This document shows positions 49,359 to 57,715 of a DNA stretch of 64,000 nt, piece by piece (within the stretch, counting starts at the first letter, position 1; each line of letters opens with the position of its first letter). The position numbers and the translations under genes are program-made. Source of the DNA: an uncultured Acidobacteriota bacterium (lineage in GTDB: Bacteria; Acidobacteriota; Vicinamibacteria; Fen-336); assembly GCA_902826455.1 (NCBI GenBank), contig CADEEV010000001.1, forward strand, positions 298,983 through 362,982, in the 5' to 3' direction. Under the pieces are notes generated by a model. The model was not told where the DNA came from, ran no database searches, and worked only from the letters and a program-made list of their open reading frames with translations.

Positions 49359-50576
49359 TCAAGGGGCCAAGGGGAGGCGCTTCACGATCACGGCCGTGGT
49401 GTCGTCCTCCCAGGGCGCGCCTCGCCCGAAGGCCTGCACGGTGTCGAACAGCGCCTCCAGGATCTGCTCGGCGCTGCCCTCGGCGTGGCTGCGCACCACG
49501 GCCTTGATGCCGTCCTCGCCGAAGAACTCCCCGGCGGCGTTGCGCCGCTCCAGGACGCCGTCGGTGCACAGCACCAGGATCGCGCCCGGCTCGAAGCGCG
49601 TGTAACCGCGCCGGAAGCGCACCTCCGGCAGCGGGCCGATCACGGTGCCCCCGGTCTCCAGGGAATGGACGCCCTCGCGGTCGAACAGGAGCGGCGGCGG
49701 ATGGCCCGCGTTGACGTAGATGAGCGTGCCGTTCACCTCGAGCTCGCCGTAGAAGACCGAGATGAAGCGGCTCGACAGGTTGCTGCGATGGATGACGCGG
49801 TTGAGCCGCTCGAAGACGTGGGCGACCTTGAACTCCTTCTCGATGCCCATGCGCAGGCCGGTGACGACGTCGCGCACGAGCAGGGCGGCCGGCAATCCGT
49901 GGCCGCTCGCGTCGCCGATCGCGAGGCCCAGCATCTCGTCGTCGAAGGGGTGGAAGTCGTAGAAGTCGCCGCCCACCTCCTCGGTGGCCTCGGAACGGCA
50001 CGCGATGTCGAAGCCGGGGAAGTCGGGCGGGTCCTCGACGAGCAGGCTCTGCTGGATCTCCGCGGCCTGGCGCAGGCTGCCGCGCGTGCGCTCGTCCAGC
50101 AGCCGCGAGCCGAGCGCCGCACGCACCGTGTTGAGGGCGAAGTCGAGCTCCTCCATGGCCCAGCCGTCGGCCAGCAGGAAGAACAGCACGTGACGCCGGG
50201 GCCGGCGGCCCACCACGATCGCCGCCGCGGGGCCCGCGGGCAGAATGCCGGTGGAGAAGGGCGCGTCGGGCTCCGTCGGGCGATTGAAGACGTAGACCCG
50301 ATGCCGGAACACGAGCTGCAGCGTCGGGTTCGTGGGATCGAGGGTCTCCGCGGCGCCGCCCGGGTCGCCCAGGCTGCGCAGCAGCGTCAGGTCGTCGCGC
50401 TGCTCGGCGTAGAGGAACGCCGCGCGCAGCCGGAGATCCTCGCGGAGGGTGCGGAAGAAGTCCTCCACGAATGCCTCCAGCACGCGGCTCTGGGGCTGGC
50501 TGGTGTCGAGGCCGCTGAAGAGGCTGTCGAGGCGGCGATAGAGCGGCTTGGCCTCGAGGCGTGGCGGTGTGGCCAT
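49359..50576 (-). CDS. PP2C/SpoIIE-family Ser/Thr phosphatase with an N-terminal sensor (GAF-like) region
   Basis: PP2C motifs (GGDFYDF, GDASGHG, DGVLE). Start reassigned to MATPPRLEAK. Confidence 0.8.
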   Translation of the reverse strand: MATPPRLEAKPLYRRLDSLFSGLDTSQPQSRVLEAFVEDFFRTLREDLRLRAAFLYAEQRDDLTLLRSLGDPGGAAETLDPTNPTLQLVFRHRVYVFNRPTEPDAPFSTGILPAGPAAAIVVGRRPRRHVLFFLLADGWAMEELDFALNTVRAALGSRLLDERTRGSLRQAAEIQQSLLVEDPPDFPGFDIACRSEATEEVGGDFYDFHPFDDEMLGLAIGDASGHGLPAALLVRDVVTGLRMGIEKEFKVAHVFERLNRVIHRSNLSSRFISVFYGELEVNGTLIYVNAGHPPPLLFDREGVHSLETGGTVIGPLPEVRFRRGYTRFEPGAILVLCTDGVLERRNAAGEFFGEDGIKAVVRSHAEGSAEQILEALFDTVQAFGRGAPWEDDTTAVIVKRLPLAP

Positions 50577-50590
50577 GGGGCCTGATCGTA

Positions 50591-51775
50591 TCAGGGAGAC
50601 GGCGTCAGGCCCCGCGCGCCGATCTCGGCCACCACGATCTCGAGGATCTCGTACACCGCCCGGTTCGCCGGAAGCGCCGCGAGGCGGGCGCGCGTCGCGC
50701 CGCTCGCCGCTTCCTCGCGGGCGAAGGCGGCGGCGGCCGCGGGGATCTCCCGCCACGACCGCACGACGACCCCCATTCCCTGCTGGCGGACGAAATGCGC
50801 GTTGTAGCGCTCCTGGGGAATCGTCCTCGCGTCGCACGTCACGACGACCGGGAGGCGCTGATGGAAGGCCTCGGCCAGCGAGCCGGGCCCCGGCTTCGTC
50901 GCCAGCAGATCCGCGGCTGCCATCAGATCGGCGACGCGATCCGTGTAGCCGAACGTCCGCAGCCGGCCACGGGCGCGTCCTTCGAGCGCCGAGAGCTGCG
51001 CGACCAGCTCGGGGTTTTCGCCGCAGACGGCGACGACGCGGAACCCGGCGGGCGCCGCCAGCAGCTGCCCGGCGAGCGGCTCCATCTCGGGCGCGCCCTT
51101 GCCGCCGAAGAGCATCAGGACCACGAAGTCCTCGTCCACGAAACCGAGCTCGTGGCGCACGCGGGCCCGCGCCTCGGCGCCGCCGCCGCGGTGGAAGGCG
51201 GGCCGCAGCGGCATGCCCGAGGTCCGCGAGATGCGGTCGCGGGCGAGCCCCGCCTGGGCGGCCTGCTCGACGGCATGGGCGCCGCCGACGATCGCCCGGT
51301 CGATGCCCGGCTCGATCCAGAAGTGCGGCGGGTAGTCGGCATAGTCGGTGAGGCTGACGAGGAACGGGACGCCGGGATGGCTCAGTCGCACGGCATCGCG
51401 GAGCACCGCGTTGAAGTTCGGCAGCACGGAGACGACCGCCGCGGGCCGCCAGGCGCCGAGGGCGCGTGCGACGGCGCCGGTGAAGGCGCGCTGCCGCACG
51501 CGGATCACGGCGTGGAGCACGTGGAGCATGGCCGGGAGGAACCGGGTCTGGCCGCGCCGGATCAGCCCGTTGTAGGTGTCCTCGGAGGATCGGCCCGTCA
51601 GGCGCTTCATGAAGTCGAGGGGCTCGAGGACGTCCTGCAGGCTCACCAGGCGGATCGCGAACGGGAGATCCTGTTCCTCGGCCGCCGCCGCCAGTGCCCG
51701 CGCCGCGGCGCGATGCCCACCGCCCGCGTCCATGTAGAAGATGACGATCTCCGGCCGCCCGGTCGTGCCTGGCAT
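50591..51775 (-). CDS. GT28 diacylglycerol glycosyltransferase (UgtP / MGDG-synthase family)
   Basis: IVIFYMDAGGGHRAAARAL and TKPGPGSLAEA match UgtP/MGDG-synthase N- and C-terminal motifs. Start taken as ATG 51775 (MPGTTGRPEIV); a further upstream in-frame ATG at 51868 (MKTTETF) would add 31 non-homologous residues. Confidence 0.8.
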   Translation of the reverse strand: MPGTTGRPEIVIFYMDAGGGHRAAARALAAAAEEQDLPFAIRLVSLQDVLEPLDFMKRLTGRSSEDTYNGLIRRGQTRFLPAMLHVLHAVIRVRQRAFTGAVARALGAWRPAAVVSVLPNFNAVLRDAVRLSHPGVPFLVSLTDYADYPPHFWIEPGIDRAIVGGAHAVEQAAQAGLARDRISRTSGMPLRPAFHRGGGAEARARVRHELGFVDEDFVVLMLFGGKGAPEMEPLAGQLLAAPAGFRVVAVCGENPELVAQLSALEGRARGRLRTFGYTDRVADLMAAADLLATKPGPGSLAEAFHQRLPVVVTCDARTIPQERYNAHFVRQQGMGVVVRSWREIPAAAAAFAREEAASGATRARLAALPANRAVYEILEIVVAEIGARGLTPSP

Positions 51776-51797
51776 CGGCAGATGGTCGCGGGCCCGC

Positions 51798-51824
51798 TCG
51801 ACGGCGCCGTGACGGCGCGATGAC
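51798..51824 (-). promoter_or_regulatory. Pho-box-like 11-bp-phased direct repeats upstream of the GT28 gene
   Basis: Minus-strand GTCATCGCGCC-GTCACGGCGCC-GTCGAGCGGGCC, three repeats at 11-nt spacing, ending ~23 nt before ATG 51775. Confidence 0.35.
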
Positions 51825-51940
51825 GCCGCCGCCTCGCCTGCGTCATCGAATGTTTCCGTTGTCTTCATGTTCCCGTCGTTTCGGCGCGCTCCAATAGCCT
51901 CGGACCTCAAGAAGTCCGTGAGGTCCGAGAGGAGGGCGCC

Positions 51941-52834
51941 ATGGAAGACGGCATGCGCTGCGACCTTCACGTCCACTCGCTGTGCTCGGGTCCGCTCGAG
52001 TGCTACTCGACACCGCGGGAGGTCTACGACACCGCGCGGGCCCGCGGCATGACCCTCGTGACCCTCACCGACCACGATTCCATCGAGGGCGCCCTGAGCC
52101 TCGCCCATCTCCGGGACTTCTTCGTGAGCGAGGAGGTGACCTGCCTCCTCCCCGGAGGCCGCCAGCTGCACCTCGGCGTCTTCGGGATCGACGAGGCGCG
52201 GCATGCCGCGATCCAGGAGCGGCGGAAGGACGCCGAGTCGCTGTTCGCCTACCTGGCGGAGGCGCGCATTCCCACGGCCGTCAACCACCTCTTCTCGGCC
52301 CTGACCGGCCGCAGGCGCCTCGCCGACTTCGAGCTGGCCCTGCGCCACGCGCGGCTGATCGAGACGCGCAACGGGATGATGCCCGAGAGCACCAACCACT
52401 TCGCGGCGCGAGTCGGTCGCCGGGCCCGGCTGCCCGGGGTGGGCGGCAGCGACGCCCACACGCTCGCGTCGGTGGCGCGCGCGTTCACTATCGTTCCCGG
52501 CGCCTCGGACCGCGACGGCTTTCTCGACGGCCTGCGGCGGGGCATGACGATCCCGGCCGGGGGCTCGGGCAGCTACGCCCGGCTCACCGCCGACGTGGCC
52601 CGGCTCTTCGCCGGCGGCTACGCCGAGAACGCGCGCCGCGCCCGCTCCGGCCTGGTTCCGGCCCTGCGCTTCACGGCCCTTCTCGCCGCGCTGCCGCTCC
52701 TGCCCCTGCTGCCGCTCATCACCGCCGGCATCTACGCCGACGAGGTCTTCTTCGGCGCGCGCCAACACCGGCTCTACGAAGCCGCCCAGGCGACGCTCGA
52801 CGCCGCCGCGCCGGGCGCCGTGGTGTCGCGATGA
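51941..52834 (+). CDS. PHP-domain metal-dependent phosphoesterase
   Basis: CDLHVHS...LTDHDS PHP motifs; 297 aa. Confidence 0.8.
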   Translation: MEDGMRCDLHVHSLCSGPLECYSTPREVYDTARARGMTLVTLTDHDSIEGALSLAHLRDFFVSEEVTCLLPGGRQLHLGVFGIDEARHAAIQERRKDAESLFAYLAEARIPTAVNHLFSALTGRRRLADFELALRHARLIETRNGMMPESTNHFAARVGRRARLPGVGGSDAHTLASVARAFTIVPGASDRDGFLDGLRRGMTIPAGGSGSYARLTADVARLFAGGYAENARRARSGLVPALRFTALLAALPLLPLLPLITAGIYADEVFFGARQHRLYEAAQATLDAAAPGAVVSR

Positions 52835-53373
52835 GCCCGGTGCTCGCCTACGTCAACGACTCGGACTTTCGCGCCTTCGGCCGCATCCAGCAGTGGCGTC
52901 CGCCGCGCTGGTTCCGTCTCTGGATGCTGTGGGCCACGCGCCTGGGCGACGGCTGGCTGCAGGTCGCCATCGGCCTCGCGCTCTTCGCCGGCGGCTCCGA
53001 GTCCCAGCGGGTGCTCGCGGCGAGCGTCGTCGCCACCGGGATCGCGAGCGGACTGCTCGTCGTCCTGAAGCGGCGCTTCCGTCGCCAGCGGCCCTGCGAC
53101 TACGCCCGTCACCCCCTGTACGACGTCAAGCCGCTCGAGTACGTGGCCGCGGACCACTTCTCCTTTCCCTCGGGGCACTCCATGAACGCCTTCGCCGTGT
53201 CCACCGTCGTCGCGCTGTCGTTCCCCTGGACGACTCCAGTCGGCCTGCTCCTCGCGACGAGCGTGGCCGCGTCCCGGGTCCTCCTCGGCCTCCACTTCGT
53301 GAGCGACGTGATCGTGGGCTCCGTGCTCGGCGCCGGCATCGCTGCGATCATCTTCCTTGTGCTGCTCGCCTAG
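52831..53373 (+). CDS. PAP2-family (phosphatidic acid phosphatase type 2) membrane phosphatase
   Basis: KRRFRRQRP...PSGHS...SRVLLGLHFVSDV, the three PAP2 signature motifs; 4-5 TM. ATGA-coupled to the PHP gene. Confidence 0.8.
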   Translation: MSPVLAYVNDSDFRAFGRIQQWRPPRWFRLWMLWATRLGDGWLQVAIGLALFAGGSESQRVLAASVVATGIASGLLVVLKRRFRRQRPCDYARHPLYDVKPLEYVAADHFSFPSGHSMNAFAVSTVVALSFPWTTPVGLLLATSVAASRVLLGLHFVSDVIVGSVLGAGIAAIIFLVLLA

Positions 53374-53388
53374 CCTAGACTCGGCGCC

Positions 53389-54699
53389 ATGCTCGCCCTG
53401 CTACTGGCCGCGGCCCTTGCGCCCGCGCCTCCCGTCGTGCTGATCTCGATCGACGGGATGCGACCCGACTACGTGCTCGAGGCCGATCGCTACGGTCTCC
53501 AGATTCCCGAGCTGCGGCGGCTGCTGAAGGAGGGCGCCCACGCCGCCGCCGTGACCGGGGTGATGCCCACCGTCACCTATCCGAGCCACACCACGCTGGT
53601 GACGGGCGTGTCGCCGGCGAAGCATGGCCTCGTCGCCAACGAGACCTTCGATCCGCTCGGGAAGAACCACGACGGCTGGGCCTGGTACGCCGAGGACATC
53701 CGCGTCGAGACGCTGTGGGATGCGGCCGCTAAGGCAGGCCTCGTGGTGTCCAACGCGGATTGGCCCGCGACCGTGGGCGCGCGCATCCCGTTCAACATCG
53801 CGCAGATCTGGCGCGCCAGCACCCCCGACGACGCGAAGCTGCTGCGGGCGGTCTCGACGCCCGGGCTGCTGCGGGAGATGGAAGCGAGCCTCGGGCCGTA
53901 CCCGAGCGGCTACTCGTACACCGTGAGCGACGACGAGAAGAAGGTGCCCTTCACCGCATGGCTGCTGGAGAGGAAGCGCCCGCGCTTGCACCTGTGCTAC
54001 TTCTCCGGTCTCGACGAGGAGTCCCACGCCAGCGGGCCGGGCAGCCCCGAGACGCTCGCGGTCCTCGAGCGACTGGACGCCGTGATCGGCCGGGTGCGTG
54101 CCGCGGCCGAGCGCGCGGGTGGCGGCAAGGCCATCGTGGCCGTCGTTTCAGACCACGGGCACCAACGCACGGACCGTGAGCTCCACCTGAACGAGGCGCT
54201 GCGCGAAGAAGGCCTCCTGACGCTGGACGGTGCCGGCAAGCTCACGGACTGGCGGGCCTTCTCCTGGGATGCTGGCGGGTCGGCCGCAGTCTTCCTCAAG
54301 GACCCCGCCGACGTGGACGGGGGACAACGCGTGACGGCGCTCCTGAAGCGGCTCGCGGCCGATCCGGGGAGTGGCATCGAGCGGATCGTCGGGTCCGATG
54401 CGGTGCCGGCGACCGGCGGCTTTCCGGGCGCTCTCTTCGTGGTCGGCTTGAAGGCCGGGTACCGGTTCGGGAGCTCTCTCGAGGCCCCCGTGACCCGCCA
54501 AGGTCTCGTCCACGGCACCCACGGCTACCCGCCGGACCTGCAGACGATGGACGCCTCGTTCTTCATCGCGGGCCCGGGTATTCCGGCGGGCCTCGATCTC
54601 GGCCGCATCGACATGCGGGACATCGCGCCGACCCTGGCGGGCCGCCTCGGTCTCGTGCTGCCGGCGGCCGAAGGCCGCGACCGGCTCAGCGCTCGCTGA
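53389..54699 (+). CDS. Type I phosphodiesterase / nucleotide pyrophosphatase (NPP, alkaline-phosphatase superfamily)
   Basis: LISIDGMRPDY and TVTYPSHTTLVTG (Thr nucleophile motif), plus VVSDHGH; signal peptide. Confidence 0.85.
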   Translation: MLALLLAAALAPAPPVVLISIDGMRPDYVLEADRYGLQIPELRRLLKEGAHAAAVTGVMPTVTYPSHTTLVTGVSPAKHGLVANETFDPLGKNHDGWAWYAEDIRVETLWDAAAKAGLVVSNADWPATVGARIPFNIAQIWRASTPDDAKLLRAVSTPGLLREMEASLGPYPSGYSYTVSDDEKKVPFTAWLLERKRPRLHLCYFSGLDEESHASGPGSPETLAVLERLDAVIGRVRAAAERAGGGKAIVAVVSDHGHQRTDRELHLNEALREEGLLTLDGAGKLTDWRAFSWDAGGSAAVFLKDPADVDGGQRVTALLKRLAADPGSGIERIVGSDAVPATGGFPGALFVVGLKAGYRFGSSLEAPVTRQGLVHGTHGYPPDLQTMDASFFIAGPGIPAGLDLGRIDMRDIAPTLAGRLGLVLPAAEGRDRLSAR

Positions 54700-54960
54700 C
54701 GCGCCGGTCGTCCCCGCCGAGACCGGCCTCGGTGAGGATCTCGTCGATCACGGTGCGACCCGTATCGGCGCTTCCCGGCCCGAGGCGCATCCAGGCGGGA
54801 GGCCGTCCCGGCGGGGCGTGACGGCCACGCCGCCGCCGGGCGGCTCGTTGGCTGGCGAGACGTCCAAAGGGACGCTTCTGTCGAGACATGCTTGAGGGAA
54901 AGGTTAGGCCCGGGCCATGACGGTCGCGTGGCGCTCGCGCGATGGTCCGGCCACTCTTTC

Positions 54961-55000
54961 TTAACGTCCCGTTCACGCGTCCGTCACGCCGGCGTCACGC
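54961..55000 (+). promoter_or_regulatory. Pho-box-like direct repeat array upstream of oprP
   Basis: TTAACgtcccg-TTCACgcgtcc-GTCACgccggc-GTCACgc, four pentamer cores at exact 11-bp phasing, 40-80 nt upstream of the oprP ATG (55042), which has an AAGGAGG RBS. Confidence 0.45.
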
Positions 55001-55041
55001 ACCCCTCCTAAGTTGACGGCATCTCAAGGAGGCGTGTTTTG

Positions 55042-56517
55042 ATGACAGCCAAGGCGATCCGGCGCGGTCTCGCGACGGCAGCAGCGGTTCTGATCGGCGT
55101 GGGACTCACGGCCAGTGCCTGGGCCCAGAATTTCTTCTATCGCGAGATCGTGAAGGACGGGCGCATCTACGTCTTCGCCATCGCGAAGGAAGCGGAGCAG
55201 TTCGAGAAGTCGGGCGAGGTCGGCCGCGCGATCACGAAGCTCGGCTACGGCCCGAACGGCGAGACCATGGTCTTCGACAGCGAGGACGCCATCGGCCTCT
55301 ACAACATGAAGCACGACCGGCCCGGCGACGTCACCGCGGTCGCGAAGCCCGTCGTCGCGCCCAAGCAGCTCCTCACCTACAAGGACGGGCAGCTCACGGC
55401 CGAGTTCGACAAGGCACAGGTGAGCTTCACGAATCGCCTCCAGCTGCGCTTCACCCAGCAGATGCCCGACGAGACGGTGCAGCTCGCCGGGACGTCGGCG
55501 AAGGGCGACGGCAAGGGCTCCTTCCGCATCCGCCGCTACGAGCCCCAGTTCCAGGGCTGGCTCTACACGAAGGACCTCACCTTCAAGCTCGAGTTCGCGT
55601 TCCAGGACCTGCAGGGCAACACGAACTCCGGCGCCATCAACGACGCCTACTTCAACTACGACCTCACGAAGGGCAAGAAGGCGTTCCGCCTGCAGTTCGG
55701 TCAGTTCAAGGTGCCCTTCGGCCGCCAGGAGCTGACCTCGTCCTTCAACCAGACCTTCGTCGACCGCTCGATCGTGGCGGGCGAGTTCGAGCGCGGCCGT
55801 GACCTGGGCTTCCAGGTGGACGGCCTGCTCGCCTCCAACAAGGTCGAGTACCGCGCCGGCATCTTCAACGGCCGCGCCAGCAACACGGGCCGCAACCAGA
55901 CCGCGAACGACAACGACAAGTACCAGTACGACGCGCGTCTCATGTGGCAGCCCTTCGGCGACGTCCGCTACTCGGAGAGCGACTTCGAATCGGTGGACAA
56001 GCCGCTCCTCGCGATCGCCGGCGGGTTCGAGAGCCTCGACCTCGGGCTGACGGTGCCGCAGCCTGCGGCCACCGTGCCGCCCGCGCCGCCCGCGACGCCG
56101 CTGCCGAAGATCTCGGCCTGCCCGTGCGCGGCCGGCAACTACAAGTGGACGATCTTCGCCACCGACGTGGTCTTCAAGTACAAGGGCTTCTCCGCGATGG
56201 GCGAGCTCTTCAACCGCGAGATCAAGCCCTCGGACGGCGCGACGCCGGACTCGCCGACGTTCAAGTCGAACGGCTATCACGTCCAGGCGGGCTACCTGCT
56301 CAACAAGAAGCGGACCTGGGAAGTGGCGTTCCGCTACGCCTCGTTCGATCCCACGAACGCCGTCTCGGGCAACGACCGCACGGAGATCGGCGGCGGACTG
56401 AACTGGTTCTACAACAAGCACTTCGCGAAGATCCAGGCCGACTGGCGTCAGCTCGAGGACAAGGCGAAGAAGACGAAGGACCAGGAAGTCCGCATCCAGA
56501 CGCAGCTCTACTTCTAG
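55042..56517 (+). CDS. oprP: Phosphate-selective porin OprO/OprP
   Basis: 492 aa; signal peptide; beta-barrel; C-terminal F. Immediately upstream of pstSCAB. The track ORF starts at TTG 55039; ATG 55042 is preferred. Confidence 0.85.
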   Translation: MTAKAIRRGLATAAAVLIGVGLTASAWAQNFFYREIVKDGRIYVFAIAKEAEQFEKSGEVGRAITKLGYGPNGETMVFDSEDAIGLYNMKHDRPGDVTAVAKPVVAPKQLLTYKDGQLTAEFDKAQVSFTNRLQLRFTQQMPDETVQLAGTSAKGDGKGSFRIRRYEPQFQGWLYTKDLTFKLEFAFQDLQGNTNSGAINDAYFNYDLTKGKKAFRLQFGQFKVPFGRQELTSSFNQTFVDRSIVAGEFERGRDLGFQVDGLLASNKVEYRAGIFNGRASNTGRNQTANDNDKYQYDARLMWQPFGDVRYSESDFESVDKPLLAIAGGFESLDLGLTVPQPAATVPPAPPATPLPKISACPCAAGNYKWTIFATDVVFKYKGFSAMGELFNREIKPSDGATPDSPTFKSNGYHVQAGYLLNKKRTWEVAFRYASFDPTNAVSGNDRTEIGGGLNWFYNKHFAKIQADWRQLEDKAKKTKDQEVRIQTQLYF

Positions 56518-56576
56518 TCCGGCAGGCGGGGGCGGGCGCGTGGCGCCCGCGCCCCGCATCTCTCGAATCCCATCGA

Positions 56577-56613
56577 ATTAACGCGGAGTTAACAGAGGCG
56601 AAACGTCCCGTTC
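56577..56613 (+). promoter_or_regulatory. Pho-box-like repeats upstream of pstS, sharing a 12-mer with the oprP upstream region
   Basis: TTAAC-N7-TTAAC-N7-AACGTCCCGTTC. The 12-mer AACGTCCCGTTC is identical to 54963-54974. Confidence 0.4.
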
Positions 56614-56671
56614 CCAGGCCCTCGCTAGATTGAGGGACATGGAAAAGCGGTTCGCCCCGGAGGTAGGTCTC

Positions 56672-57637
56672 ATGAAGCGTATCGTCGCTGCCGTCGCTCT
56701 CGTCGCGGCCGGTGCGGCCACGGCCGGCGCCCAGCAGGTGAAGGTCGATGCCGCGATCACGTCGTACCAGAAGACGTCGGGTGTCTCGGGGAACCTGAAC
56801 AGCGTCGGTTCCGACACCATGAACAACCTGATGACGCTCTGGGCCGAGGCGTTCCTCAAGATGTACCCGAACGTGAAGGTGCAGGTCGAGGGCAAGGGCT
56901 CCTCGACGGCGCCGCCCTCGCTGATCGCGGGCACGTCGCAGTTCGGCCCCATGTCCCGCGCGATGCGTCCGACGGAGATCGACCAGTTCGAGACGAAGTA
57001 CGGCTACAAGCCGACGCAGCTCCGCACGTCCTACGACGCCCTCGCGATCTACGTGAACAAGGACAACCCCCTCGACAAGCTGACCCTGGCCCAGGCCGAC
57101 GCGGTCTTCTCGAAGACGCGCCGCCGCGGCTTCAAGCAGAACGTCACGACCTGGGGCCAGCTCGGTCTCACGGGCGACTGGGCGAACCGGCCGATCAGCA
57201 TCTACGGCCGCAACTCGGCCTCGGGCACCTACGGCTTCTTCAAGGAGCACACCCTCGGCAACGGCGACTTCAAGGACACGGTCAAGGAGCAGCCCGGTTC
57301 GGCGTCGGTGGTGCAGGGCGTGACCGAGGACCGCTTCGGCATCGGCTACTCGGGCATCGGCTACAAGACCTCCGGCGTCAAGGTCGTGACGCTCGCCGAG
57401 AAGGACGGCTCGGCCTACTCCGACGGCAACTACGAGGACGTGAAGAGCGGCAAGTACCCGCTCAACCGCTTCCTCTACCTCTACATCAACCGCGCGCCGG
57501 GCAAGCCCCTCGACCCCGTCGTGAAGGAGTTCTGCAAGCTGATCTTCAGCAAGGAAGGCCAGGACGTCGTGCTCAAGGACGGGTACCTGCCGCTTCCGGC
57601 CGAGATCGTGCGCCAGGAACTCGCGAAGCTCGAGTAG
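56672..57637 (+). CDS. pstS: Phosphate ABC transporter substrate-binding protein PstS
   Basis: Signal peptide; PstS family motifs (SGNLNSVGSDTM, GTYGFF). Start at MKRIVAAV with a GGAGG RBS. Confidence 0.9.
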   Translation: MKRIVAAVALVAAGAATAGAQQVKVDAAITSYQKTSGVSGNLNSVGSDTMNNLMTLWAEAFLKMYPNVKVQVEGKGSSTAPPSLIAGTSQFGPMSRAMRPTEIDQFETKYGYKPTQLRTSYDALAIYVNKDNPLDKLTLAQADAVFSKTRRRGFKQNVTTWGQLGLTGDWANRPISIYGRNSASGTYGFFKEHTLGNGDFKDTVKEQPGSASVVQGVTEDRFGIGYSGIGYKTSGVKVVTLAEKDGSAYSDGNYEDVKSGKYPLNRFLYLYINRAPGKPLDPVVKEFCKLIFSKEGQDVVLKDGYLPLPAEIVRQELAKLE

Positions 57638-57647
57638 CTCTCCCTGT

Positions 57648-57674
57648 CCGGGAGCGGGGCTGCCCCGCTCCCGG
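57648..57674 (+). terminator. Strong intra-operon stem-loop between pstS and pstC (attenuator/partial terminator)
   Basis: Perfect 12-bp stem CCGGGAGCGGGG-ctg-CCCCGCTCCCGG, 10 nt after the pstS stop. The downstream tail is only weakly U-rich. Confidence 0.4.
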
Positions 57675-57715
57675 ATCTCTTCCAGCCGCAGCTCCCCGGA
57701 GATCGAAGAAGCCCC

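Noticed and set aside
54686-54976. 96 aa minus-strand ORF in the 340-bp NPP-oprP intergenic region
   Set aside because: Arg/Gly/Pro-rich with no motif, and it overlaps the NPP 3' end. The region is better explained as the oprP promoter carrying the Pho-box-like repeats. Status is uncertain, but it was not called.
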